This document shows positions 10,203-19,887 of a stretch of DNA of 64,000 nucleotides, piece after piece. The stretch is from an uncultured Acidimicrobiia bacterium (GTDB lineage Bacteria > Actinomycetota > Acidimicrobiia > Acidimicrobiales > Ilumatobacteraceae). The position numbers and the translations under genes were made by a program. Within the stretch, counting starts at the first letter, position 1. Every line of letters starts with the position of its first letter. Under the pieces are notes generated by a model that saw only the letters and a list, made by a program, of their open reading frames with translations, was not told where the DNA came from and did no database searches. The stretch covers positions 54,099 through 118,098 of the forward strand of contig CAWGZN010000002.1 of assembly GCA_963827075.1 (NCBI GenBank), written 5' to 3'.

Positions 10203-11167
10203 TCACGAGGCTCTGCCCTCCGAGCCGCGCCCGCGGGTTCATCCAGGCGATGATGAGGTCGGCGAGCAGCGTGCAGACCATGTAGATGATGCCGACGAGG
10301 ATGACCGACGCCGACGAGCACCGGGAAGTCCTTGGCTCGCCGCGGCGGCGAGGATCAGACTGCCCAGACCCGGGTAGTTGAAGATCATCTCGATCGCGAT
10401 CAGGCTGCTGAAGACGTAGCCGATCTGCACGCCGATGACCGACACCGTCGGCTGCAGGCGCGTTGCGCATCACGTGCCGCGCGCGACACCGCGCCGCCGG
10501 GAGAGCCCTTCATCACCGCGGTGCGCGTGTAGTCGGCGTCGAGCGCCTGGATCGTGCCGGCGCGGGTCATCCGGGCGATGTACCCGAAGTACACGACCAC
10601 GAGCGCGAGCGCCGGCAGCATCAGGTAGTCGAGCTGGGTGAGGATGCTCGGAACCCGCCGGCGCCAGTGGCGAGCACGTGGAACCAGCCGAGCTTGACGC
10701 CGATGAGGTACTGCAGGATCACGCCGGACACGAAGTCAGGGATCGACGAGCTGGCCAGGCCGAGCGTGACGATCGACCGGTCGGCGATGGTGTTGCGCCG
10801 GCGGGCGGCGAACATGCCGGCGGCGATGGCGAGCGGGATCGTCAGCACGAGGGCGAAGGCGGCGAGCTTGGCCGACCGCCAGAGCGCCGGCCAGAGCAGC
10901 TCCGTGACCGGCACCCGGTACTGGAACGAGTCGCCGTAGTCGAACGTGACCACGCTCTTCAGCAACCGGCCGTACTGGTCGATCAGCGGATCGTCGGCAC
11001 CGAGCTCCTCGTTCAGCGCGTCGACCGTCTCCTGCGGACGCGAACGGTCCGAGGACGCTGCGGCCGACGTCGTCGGGGAACACGTTGATGATCAGGAAGA
11101 CGATCGTCGCGAGCAGGAACAGCGTGAGGATCGACAGGGCGACCCGGCGGATGACGTATCGGGTCAT
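10203..11167 (-). pseudogene. ABC transporter permease (DppB/OppB-like); frame-disrupted, 3' end uncertain
   Basis: MTRYVIRRVALSILTLFLLATIVFLIINVFP..., SIPDFVSGVILQYLIGVKLGWF, YFGYIARMTRAGTIQALDADYTRTAVMKG and IEMIFNYPGLGSLIL segments lie in several frames. As written the reading frame runs into the next permease, so the stop assignment is a guess. Confidence 0.75.
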
Positions 11168-11196
11168 GCGTGACCCTTCTAGCGGAGCGCGGCCGT

Positions 11197-12960
11197 TCAG
11201 ACCTGCGACGCCTTCTCGGTGAACATCTGACCGAGCGCCGACACCCGGACACCCTGGAAGCTGTTCGAGTGCCCGGAGAGGTAGTTGTAGAAGAACGGCA
11301 CGCCGATCGGGCACGTCCTCGTTCAGGATCGTCTGCAGCTTGCCGGCAGCCGCCGTCTGGGCGTCGACGCCGACGGCCTGCTGGAACTCGGTGAAGGCCG
11401 CGTCGAGCTCCGGGTTGGAGTACTGCGACGGAGTTCCAGACCCCGTTCGTCTTGAGCGCGGCGTTCAGGAACACGTCCGGCGTCGGCCGGTGCCCGTAGT
11501 CGACGATGCCCAGCTCGGCGGCCCCCGAGCACGGCGGATCGGCCGGCTCGGCCGGGCACCACTGCGCGCCGTAGAACGTGTCGAGGCTCTCGATGGCGAG
11601 CTCGAGGTTGATCCCCGCCTCGGCCGCGCCGGCCTGGATGAGCTGGGCGAGCTCGCGGGATCTCCTGCAGCTCGGCGACGTGCAGCGTGGCCTGCAGACC
11701 TTCGACGCCGGCGTCGGCGAGGAGCTGCCTGGCCATCTCGATGTCCTTGACCCGCTGCGGCGGCTGCGACGGGTCGAAGAACGGCATGAACGGGGCGATA
11801 GACGTGGTCGTTGCCGATCTCGGCCCGACCCTGGAACAACGTGTTGACCATCTGCTCGCGGTCGAGCGTGAAGGCCAGCGCCTGGCGGACGGCCTTGTCG
11901 GCGAACTGGCCGGTGTCGCAGCGCATCCAGATCTGGCGGTGGGTCGAGGATTCCACCTCGAGCACGGTGAAGTTCGGGTCGTTGAGCAGCGCGTCGCCGC
12001 CGAGGACCGAGAACTGGACGAGGGCGTCGACGGCGCCGCCCTGCATCGCCGTGACCATCGTGCCGACGTCGTCGAAGAACTGCACCTCCTGGCCGTCGAG
12101 CGGCGTCTGGCCGCCCCACCAGTCGGGGTTGCGCTCGAACGAGGCGCCGGTGGCCGGGTCGTAGCTCGCCGAGCATCCACGGCCCGGTCCCGTTGGGCGA
12201 GCCGTCGAGCGTGGTGCCGGTCTCGTAGTTGACCGGCGTGATCAGCGTCTGGGCGTTGAACACCGACACGAGGTAGGGGAAGTTGCCGTTCGGCCCCTCG
12301 AGGTTGAACACGGCCACGTTGGGATCGGTGGCGTCGACGGCGCCCTCGGCGATGACGCCCGCCAGGCCGGCGTTGTCGGCGACGACCAGCCGGTCCATCG
12401 TCGCCGCGACGTCGGCGGACGTGAACGGCGAGCCGTCGGCCTGCCACGTGACGCCCTGGCGCAGCTGGAACGTCCACACGGTGCCGTCCTCGTTCGGCTC
12501 CCACGATTCGGCCAGCCCGGGAGCGATCTCGCCGTCGTCGCCGAGCGTGACGAGGAACTCGAAGCACTGGGCGATGAGCCCGTAGGCGCCGAGGTCCTGC
12601 ATCGTCGATCGGGTCGAGGGTCGCCGCCGGCGTCTGGTAGGCGATCCTGATCGTGCCGCCCTGCTGGCCGGCGCCGGTCGTGCCGGGGGCGCCGGTGGTT
12701 CCGGGCGCGCCCGTCGTGCCAGGGGCGCCGGTCGTCCCGCTCGTTCCGCCCGGACCGGTCGTTGCGGGAGCGGAGGTGTCGTCGTCGTCATCGCCGCACG
12801 CGGCGATCACCGCGCCGATCATCGGCATCGACAGCCCGATGATCGTGCCCCGCCGGACGAAGTCACGCCGGCTGATCTTCCGGCTGGCGTACGCCTCGAT
12901 GAGATCGAGGTGGACGGGACCGACGGAACGACGAGTCCGGTCGAAGCGCTTCCAATCCAT
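11197..12960 (-). pseudogene. ABC transporter substrate-binding lipoprotein, family 5 (DppA/OppA-like), Tat signal; frame-disrupted
   Basis: N-terminus RRDFVRRGTIIGLSMPMIGAVIAACGDDDDD (twin-arginine + lipobox) followed by a (GAPGTT)n linker. Family-5 segments (VTWQADGSPFTSADVAATMDRL, ...FYGAQWCPAEPADPPC...) lie in alternating frames. There is a strong GGGGGAGGA Shine-Dalgarno sequence before the ATG at 12960. Confidence 0.8.
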
Positions 12961-13083
12961 GGGTTCCTCCCCCGGTGGCCCTGCGCAAACGACGGCTCGG
13001 TGTCGCTCGCTGGCCGAACCCTAATGTCGCGCGGCGGACCGTTCAAACCACTGTTCCCGGTACGGATGTACTGTGAAATCCGC

Positions 13084-14253
13084 GTGAGCAGCGGGTTCAG
13101 CCATTCCGGCGGTCGTGTTCCTCCCGTCGCCGCCGGTCCGTGCAGCCTCGAGGTGCTGGCCGAGCCGGCCGGCGTGTTCGGCCGGACCCGGGCCGTGCTC
13201 GTCGTCGACGAGGCGGTGGTCGCCACCGGCTACGTCGATCGCGTGAGGGGCCGCGCTGGACCATCTCGACGCAGTGGAGCTCCACGTGCTGCCGCCGCAC
13301 GAGCCGTCCGCGACCTCGGTCGACGCCGCCGCGGAGGCCGTTCGCGGCGGCGGGCCGGACGATCGCCGTCATCGGCATCGGGGCGGCAGCGCGCCTCGAC
13401 ACCGCCAAGCAGGCCGCCGTCGTCGCCGCCGGGCGCGAAGGCGTCGAGCACTACGCGCTCGGCGCCCATCCGCTGCCCGCCGGCCGCCCGATGGTCGCCA
13501 TCCCGACGACGGCCGGCACCGGCTCGGAGGTGACGCGGACGTGCGTGCTCACGGACGGCCGCGGCCGCAAGGTGTGGACGTGGGGCGACGAGCTGCTGCC
13601 GAGCCGGTCGTCCTCGACCCCGCCGCGGCGGCGACGATGCCGGCCCACGTCACCGCCGCCACCGGTCTCGACGCGTTCGTCCACGCCGTCGAGGCCGTCA
13701 CCGGGCGCCGGACGAACGCGATCGTCGCCGCCCCGGCGCGCCACGCGATCCGGCTCGTGCTCGACCACCTCCCCGCCGCGGTGGCGGGCGACGTCGACGC
13801 CCGCCGGGCGATGCAGGAGGCGGCGCTGCTCGCCGGCCTGGCGATCGACGGCGGCGGCACCGGAATCGCCCACTCCATCGGCCACGCCCTCGGCACGCTC
13901 GCCCACGTGCCCCACGGTGTCGCCGTCGCGGTCGGCCTCGCGGCCGCCTTGGACTGGAACGTCGACGGCGCGCCCGAGGCGTTCGTTCCGTCGCCGCCGC
14001 GCTCGGGCGGACGGTCGCCGAGCTCCCCGAGGCCTACGCGCGCGCTGCTCATCGCCAGCGGGTTCCCCGCCGCGGTGACGCGTGCCGGACCGCTGACCGT
14101 GACCGCGCCGGAGCTCGCCGCGGCGATGGTCGCCGACGAGAACCTTCCGATGTACACAACAACTGCCGGGTCGCCGACGACGCCGAGCGCCTCGCGCTCG
14201 CCGCGTCGACGCTGCGGACGTGGGACGAGCTGCTCGCGGCGGCCGGACGATGA
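13084..14253 (+). pseudogene. Iron-containing alcohol dehydrogenase family; frame-disrupted
   Basis: Segments AVLVVDEAVVATGYVDRV, IGIGAAARLDTAKQAA, AIPTTAGTGSEVTRTCVLTD and TAATGLDAFVHAVEAV...GIAHSIGHALGTLAHVPHGVAVAV switch between three frames about 5 times. The stop at 14251-14253 overlaps the next ATG. Confidence 0.8.
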
Positions 14254-15377
14254 GCGCGATCACCCGCATCGAGATCAGCCATCACCGGCTCCCGCTCGAT
14301 CCACCGTTCCCGGCCGCGTGGGATCCCCGGCCGCGGACCCACTTCCCGGCCACGATCGTGCGGGTCCACGACGACGCCGGACACGTCGGCGTCGGATCCG
14401 GCGACGCGATGTACGGGTTCGCCGACTACGAGTCGTACTTCATCGGCGAGGATCCGCTCGACCTCGATCGCCACGCCGCCGTGCTCGCCAACGTCGACTT
14501 CCACGCCGGCCGACCGTGGCCGCTCGACGTCGCGCTGTGGGACCTCGCCGGCCAGATCACCGACCGTCCGGTGTGGGCGCTGGTCGGCGGGCGCGACCGG
14601 CGGGTCCGGGCGTACGCGTCGTCGGCGTGCACCGGCCGCTCGCCGAGATGGTCGAGATGGCCGGCGCCGTGCAGGACCATGGGTTCGCCGCGCTCGAAGG
14701 TGCGCTTCGGCGACGGTGAGGTCTCCGACGACGTCGCGGTGGTGCGGGCGATCCGCGACGCCGTCGGCGACGCGCTCGAGCTGATGGTCGACTGCAACCA
14801 GGGCTGGCGGATGCCGTGGGACACTCGCCCGGCCTGGGACCTCGACCGGGCCACGACCGTTGCGGCCGCGCTCGCCGCCGAGCAGGTGTACTGGATGGAG
14901 GAGCCGCTGCACCGCGGCGACTACGACGGTCTGGCCGAGCTGCGCCGCCGGGTCGACGTCCGCATCGCCGGCGGCGAGCTGACCCGCGAGCCCTACGAGT
15001 TCGGCGAGCTGCTGCGCCGCGACTGCCTCGACGTGTTCCAACCCGACTGCGTCTGCACGCAGGGCATCACCGGTCTCCGCGGGCTCGCCGCCGACGTCGT
15101 CGCCGCCGGCAAGGTGTTCACGCCGCACACGTGGGGCAACGGCATCGGGCTGCTCGCCAACGCCCACCTCACGGCCGGCACCGTCGGGGCACCGTTCCTC
15201 GAGTTCCCGTTCGACCCGCCGGAGTGGACGACCGCCCGCCGCGACTTCGTGCTCACCGAGACCGTCGAGGTCGACGGCGACGGCTGGATCACGTTGTCGG
15301 ACCGCCCCGGCCTCGGCTGCACCCTCGACGAGGCCGTCCTCGCCCGCACGGCGAGCGACGCGGCCACGTTCACCTGA
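14250..15377 (+). CDS. Enolase-superfamily enzyme (mandelate racemase/muconate lactonizing enzyme family)
   Basis: Open 375-aa frame (MSAITRIEISHHRLPLDPP...). It has the family motifs ALWDLAG, LMVDCNQGW, YWMEEPL and IAGGE. A ~72-nt stretch (about 14625-14697) is out of frame and restored by a second indel (see findings). Confidence 0.85.
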   Translation: MSAITRIEISHHRLPLDPPFPAAWDPRPRTHFPATIVRVHDDAGHVGVGSGDAMYGFADYESYFIGEDPLDLDRHAAVLANVDFHAGRPWPLDVALWDLAGQITDRPVWALVGGRDRRVRAYASSACTGRSPRWSRWPAPCRTMGSPRSKVRFGDGEVSDDVAVVRAIRDAVGDALELMVDCNQGWRMPWDTRPAWDLDRATTVAAALAAEQVYWMEEPLHRGDYDGLAELRRRVDVRIAGGELTREPYEFGELLRRDCLDVFQPDCVCTQGITGLRGLAADVVAAGKVFTPHTWGNGIGLLANAHLTAGTVGAPFLEFPFDPPEWTTARRDFVLTETVEVDGDGWITLSDRPGLGCTLDEAVLARTASDAATFT

Positions 15378-15397
15378 CGTCGGCAGTCTGGGCGCGA

Positions 15398-16246
15398 TCA
15401 GAGACGGCGGCGGAGTCGGGCGAGGTGGGCCGGGACGGCGGTCGGCTGGACCTCGGCGTCGCGGATCAGGCCGTCGAAGTGGCGGCTCAACGTGCGCACG
15501 TGCTCGGCGGACGTGAGCACGAGGTACAGCTGGCCGAGGTAGAGCGCGGCCCGCTGGCCCGAAGACGGTCACCGGGCGCGGCGTAGCGGCGCAACCCGTC
15601 GAACAGGAACCAGCGGAACGTCGGGTAGAGCTCGTCGACGAGCTGGATCATCCGGTCGAGCTGGTCGCGGCGGGTCGCCACGCTCAGCCGGCTCCAGATG
15701 CCCTCGCCGCGGGCGAACGAGTGATCGCCTGCACCGACGAGCAGCACTCCATCTCGGTGTCCGGGTGACGGGCCCAGGCCAGCCGGGCCGCGGTCGTGTC
15801 GATCGTCTGGGCCGCGTCCGGGCCCCTCTGAGCGAGATCGCTCGAAACGGATGACCGCGTCCGTCTTCAACAGGTCCGGCAGCGTCGCCGGGACGTAGCG
15901 GATCTTGTAGTCGGCCGCCTCGCTCAGCCACCCGAGGAGGCGCTCGTCGATCGGCGACGGACCCGGGGCTTCGAACGACGTGTGCTGGATCAGTCTCGGC
16001 CTCGACCGGGCCGACGTTGGAGAGTCCGACGAGCCAGTCGATCGACAGGTCGTGCGCCGCCGCGAGGCCGACGATGGTGTCGAGGCGGGGCAGCCGGCGG
16101 TTCGCCGGCGACAGCAGTTGCGACAGCGTGGTGCGGTCGACGCCGGCGCGCTCGGCGAACTCGCTCTTGCTCAGCCCGGTGCGACGGATCGCCTCGTCGA
16201 GGCGTTCCCGCAACACCGCTGGTGGTGCCGTGCGCTTATCCATCAT
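15398..16246 (-). pseudogene. XRE-family helix-turn-helix transcriptional regulator (~280 aa); frame-disrupted
   Basis: N-terminus MMDKRTAPPAVLRERLDEAIRRTGLSKSEFAERAGVDRTTLSQLLS (HTH_3). Downstream segments (LKTDAVIRFERS..., QLDRMIQLVDELYPTFRWFLFDGL..., ...AHLARLRRRL*) lie in other frames. Confidence 0.7.
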
Positions 16247-16318
16247 CCGTAGCGTATACACGACAGATGTGCCTGAATCCATCACCACGCGGGGCCGCTT
16301 GACTGTTACAAGTGACTC

Positions 16319-17224
16319 GTGAGGACGACGCGGGTCGAGTGGCCGACGGTGGCCGTGGCAGTCGCGATCGCGGCCGGGTTCGCGGGCGTGCTCACCGGCC
16401 ACGAGTCGCTGCCGACCGCGGTCGTCGTCGGCGCGCTGGCCGTGCTCGGCGCCTGGTACAACTCGCTGCAGCACGAGGTGATCCACGGCCACCCGACACC
16501 GTGGACCGGCGTGAACACCGCCATGGCGACGGCCCCGCTCGGACTCGTCGTCCCGTTCGCCGTCTACCGCGAGATCCACCTCGCCCACCACCGCGCCGAG
16601 CAGCTCACGGATCCGGACCTCGATCCGGAGAGCTTCTACGTCTCGGCGGCGACGTGGGAACGCTGCGGACCGGTTCGCCGGGCGGGCCTGCGGATGCTGC
16701 GCACGCTCGCCGGGCGGCTGGTGCTCGGGCCGCCCGTCGCCGCCGTCCGCTGGTGGGGCCGCATCGTGGCTGACCGTTCGCCGCTCGCCGTGGCGCGGCT
16801 CGTCACGCACGTCGCGGCCGTCGCGCTGGTGCTCCTGGCGGTGCGCGCGTCCGGGCTCCCGATCTGGGTCTATGTCGTCGGGGTCGTGTGGTGCGGAGGT
16901 GCGTTGTCGTTGCTGCGCTCGTTCGTCGAGCACCGCCGGACCGAGACCGGCACCCCGTCCGCGGTCGTGCGCGCCGGTTGGTTCTTCTCGTTGCTGTTCC
17001 TCAACAACAACCTTCACCACACCCACCACGTCCGGCCCGGCGTGCCGTGGTACGGGCTCCCGGACGTCCACGCCCGGTTAGACGGGGACCGAGCGGCCGC
17101 CGAGGGCGCCGGGCTGTACCGCGGCTACGGGGAAGTCGGCCGGCGCTACCTGTTCCGGCCGTTCGACGAGCTCGTCCTGCCGCCGACCGCAACGGCGACG
17201 GCGTTCACGTCGCAGGCGGACTGA
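16319..17224 (+). CDS. Membrane fatty-acid desaturase family protein
   Basis: Intact 301-aa ORF with three His boxes (HEVIHGH, HLAHHR, HHTHHV) and hydrophobic segments. It is divergent from the XRE regulator. Confidence 0.85.
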   Translation: MRTTRVEWPTVAVAVAIAAGFAGVLTGHESLPTAVVVGALAVLGAWYNSLQHEVIHGHPTPWTGVNTAMATAPLGLVVPFAVYREIHLAHHRAEQLTDPDLDPESFYVSAATWERCGPVRRAGLRMLRTLAGRLVLGPPVAAVRWWGRIVADRSPLAVARLVTHVAAVALVLLAVRASGLPIWVYVVGVVWCGGALSLLRSFVEHRRTETGTPSAVVRAGWFFSLLFLNNNLHHTHHVRPGVPWYGLPDVHARLDGDRAAAEGAGLYRGYGEVGRRYLFRPFDELVLPPTATATAFTSQAD

Positions 17225-17516
17225 CCCGACGGGTCCAGGCGTTCGTGACGGCGTGCTGCGCGGCGCGCCGGCCCACGGACGCCGCGATGCCGGCAGCGGC
17301 CGCGCCGGCGAGCGCCGCGAGCCATCCGATCCGGTCTGCCGACGACTTACCCCGTATCCGCTTCTGACCGGCGCCGACCGCGCCCTTGATGAGCGAGGCG
17401 GTCACCAACCCGGCAACCATCGCGGCGATCCGCCACGCCCACGGTGGGGCCTGGCCGGACGCGTCCCGGGCGCGTGCGATCGGGTTGTCGAATGGCGTCG
17501 TCCTGGCGGCCTTCAC
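17205..17516 (-). CDS. Small hypothetical membrane protein (DUF4235-like by eye)
   Basis: 103-aa ORF with a GTG start and two hydrophobic Ala/Gly-rich helices. The family call rests on architecture only. Confidence 0.4.
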   Translation of the reverse strand: MKAARTTPFDNPIARARDASGQAPPWAWRIAAMVAGLVTASLIKGAVGAGQKRIRGKSSADRIGWLAALAGAAAAGIAASVGRRAAQHAVTNAWTRRVSPPAT

Positions 17517-17524
17517 GCCCCCAT

Positions 17525-17573
17525 CCTTCCCGACCGCGCCGGTGTCAATCCCATTCCGGCGCGGTCGGGAAGG
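17525..17573. repeat. Perfect 18-bp inverted repeat hairpin (CCTTCCCGACCGCGCCGG-N13-CCGGCGCGGTCGGGAAGG)
   Basis: The arms are exact reverse complements. The stop codon of ORF 17545-17841 sits in the loop. It is terminator- or REP-like and has no U-tract. Confidence 0.8.
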
Positions 17574-17841
17574 CGGTGGGGGGAGGGCTCCGGTGACTCA
17601 GGCGGCCGCGTTCGCGGCCGGCGCGGACAGACGTGAGGGTGGCGAGCTCGGTCGCCACCCGACCGAAGGCCCGGAGCCGAGCGACTTCGGGCTCGGACGG
17701 GTCGGCGAGGACGTCGACGAGTACCGGTGACACGCCAGCCGCCCGGGCGGCCCGGATGATCGGCCGGAGGGCCACTTCCTGGCCGGCGAACCCAAACGAC
17801 TCCAGGTCCGAGGCCAGGTCGAGGAGCTGGGGGGTGCTCAT
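17545..17841 (-). CDS. Hypothetical protein
   Basis: 98-aa ORF with an ATG start, divergent from the LysR gene. I recognise no family. The C-terminal ~10 codons are encoded by the hairpin arm. Confidence 0.35.
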   Translation of the reverse strand: MSTPQLLDLASDLESFGFAGQEVALRPIIRAARAAGVSPVLVDVLADPSEPEVARLRAFGRVATELATLTSVRAGRERGRLSHRSPPPTAFPTAPEWD

Positions 17842-17880
17842 GAGGTCGACTGTACGGAATCATCATCGACAGCAAAAGCG

Positions 17881-17895
17881 ATGATCAGTCATCAT
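17881..17895. promoter_or_regulatory. Candidate LysR-type T-N11-A box (ATGATcagtcATCAT)
   Basis: Imperfect dyad in the 68-bp divergent region directly upstream of the LysR gene. Further ATCATC/GATGAT repeats lie at 17860-17880 and 17911-17920. Confidence 0.35.
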
Positions 17896-17909
17896 GTCGA
17901 TCAGCTACC

Positions 17910-18848
17910 GTGATGATCATGCCCCAGCTCCGCGATCTCGAACTGCGTCATCTCGTCGCCCTCGACGCCGTCGCCACCGAGGGCACGTTCGGACGGGCGG
18001 CGGTGCGGCTCGGCTACACCCAGTCGGCGGTCAGCCAGCAGATCGCTGCCCTCGAGCGGCTCGTGGGCGGGTCGCTGTTCGACCGCCCCGGCGGACCCCG
18101 GCCGGTCGCGTTGACCCCGCTCGGCAAGCTCGTCCTCGGGCACGCGCGTGAGATCATCGCCCGCGTCGACGCCGCCGGCGAGGCCGTCGAGCGGTTCCAG
18201 GCCGGGGAGGGGGGCCGGATCGACGTCGGCACGTTCCAGAGCGTCTCCAGCATGCTGCTACCGGCGATCGTGGCTCGGCTGCGCGCCACCCACCCCAACA
18301 TCGACATCCGCCTGTTCGAGGACGAGGACAAGAACCACGGCCCCGGCAAGGTGGTCACTGGCGAGCTCGACGTCTCGTTCACGGTCGGCCAGCCAGCCGC
18401 ACCCGATCTCGAGTCGGTGGTCCTCCTCGACGACCCCTTCGTGCTCGTCACCCGGCGCGGCGACGTGCCCGAGGGACCGTATCCGGTCGCCCAACTCGAT
18501 GGTGCGTCGCTGATCGGCTACCCGGCGAACCTCTGCCAGCAGGAGATCGAGGACGGTCTCAGGGCGCGCGGTGTGATCCCCACGTTCGTGTTCCGTACGT
18601 TGGACAACGGAGCTCAGCTGGCGATGGTGCGCGCCGGGATGGGGTGGGCCGTGATGCCGATGCTCTGCGTCGACACGCGGGACCCGGCGATCGACATCCG
18701 CCCACTGCAACCGGCGATCCCGCCGCGCCAGGTATGCCTCGTCTGGCGCCGCGATCGCACGCTGTCCCCGGTCGCGGCCCGGCTGATCGAGCTCGCCCGT
18801 GAGGTCGCCGCGGACCTGGGCAACACCGACCTCGCCGCGATCGCCTGA
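17910..18848 (+). CDS. LysR-family transcriptional regulator
   Basis: Intact 312-aa ORF. The N-terminal HTH is LRHLVALDAVATEGTFGRAAVRLGYTQSAVSQQIAALE. The start could be the ATG at 17919. Confidence 0.9.
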   Translation: MMIMPQLRDLELRHLVALDAVATEGTFGRAAVRLGYTQSAVSQQIAALERLVGGSLFDRPGGPRPVALTPLGKLVLGHAREIIARVDAAGEAVERFQAGEGGRIDVGTFQSVSSMLLPAIVARLRATHPNIDIRLFEDEDKNHGPGKVVTGELDVSFTVGQPAAPDLESVVLLDDPFVLVTRRGDVPEGPYPVAQLDGASLIGYPANLCQQEIEDGLRARGVIPTFVFRTLDNGAQLAMVRAGMGWAVMPMLCVDTRDPAIDIRPLQPAIPPRQVCLVWRRDRTLSPVAARLIELAREVAADLGNTDLAAIA

Positions 18849-18867
18849 GCGGGCCGGTCATCGGTCG

Positions 18868-19831
18868 ATGCGATTTATCGTCTATGGCGCGGGTGCGGTC
18901 GGCGGGGTGGTCGGCGGACGCATGTTCCAGCACGGACACGATGTCGTGCTCGTGGCGCGCGGCGAGCACCGCCGGGCCATCGCGGCCGACGGCTTGACGG
19001 TCGAGTGGCCGCACGGGTCGGTGACGCTGAAGGTCCCAGTGGTCGGGCACGCGTCGGAGTTGACGGTCGACGACGGCGACGTCGTGATCATCGCCGTCAA
19101 GAGCCAGGACACCCATGGCGTGCTCGACGCGCTGGCCGCCGTGGCGTCGCCGTCGACGCCGATCGTGTGCCTGCAGAACGGCGTCGCCAACGAGGCGGCG
19201 CGCGCTGCGCCGGTTCGCCAACGTGCACGGCGTCACGGTGATGGCACCGACGTGGCACGTCGAGCCGGGAGTCGTCCAGTCGTACACGCCCAACGCCACC
19301 GCAATGCTCGACGTCGGGCGGTGGCCGCAAGGGACCGACGAGGTCACCGACGCCGTGGCCGCAGCCTTCGTCGCGTCCGGGTTCGAGTCGATCGCCCGGC
19401 CCGACATCGCCCGCTGGAAGTACACCAAGTTGCTGCTCAACCTCGGCAACCCGGTCGACGCGCTGTGTGTGCGTGACGCCGACGCGGCGACGCTCGTCGA
19501 TCGAGCCCGCCAGGAGGGAGCCGAGGTGCTCGCGGCGGCGGGCATCGATCACGTCAGCGAGGAGGAGGACAAGGCCCGGCGCGGCGACGTCCTCCGCATC
19601 GTGCCGATCGACGAACGCCGCCGGCCGGGCGGCTCGACGTTCCAGAGCCTCGCCCGCGGTGGGACGGTGGAGGTCGACTACCTGAACGGTGAGATCGTCC
19701 TGCTCGGCCGGCTGCACGGCGTCCCGACGCCGGTCAACGAGCTGCTCCAGCACGCCACCCATCGCGCCGTCGCGGAGGGCTTACAACCGGGAACCACGGC
19801 TGCGGCTGAGCTGATCGCGGAGCTCGCTTGA
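18868..19831 (+). pseudogene. 2-dehydropantoate 2-reductase (ketopantoate reductase, ApbA/PanE family); one frame switch
   Basis: MRFIVYGAGAVGGVVGG...IIAVKSQDT...CLQNGVANE, then a frame switch near 19195, then ...ARWKYTKLLLNLGNPVDAL...STFQSLARGGTVEVDYLNGEIV. Confidence 0.8.
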
Positions 19832-19833
19832 AC

Positions 19834-19885
19834 CGTTCTGTCGGTCGGAAAGCGCCGAATGGCGCGTGTTCCGACCGACAGAACG
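19834..19885. repeat. Family B palindromic element, copy B1
   Basis: CGTTCTGTCGGTCGGAA-N18-TTCCGACCGACAGAACG (perfect 17-nt arms). The loop holds a second hairpin, GCGCCgaatGGCGC. It fills the gap between two convergent stops. Confidence 0.85.
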
Positions 19886-19887
19886 CT

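Noticed and set aside
12670-12745. Short tandem repeats considered as a CRISPR array or VNTR
   Set aside because: The units are 18 nt, contiguous without spacers, and in-frame within a lipoprotein linker. No cas genes are present.
12961-13083. Possible riboswitch or leader upstream of the Dpp-type SBP gene
   Set aside because: Only a strong Shine-Dalgarno sequence and a small GTAC-N4-GTAC dyad are visible. I recognise no conserved riboswitch core (TPP, cobalamin, glycine, SAM).
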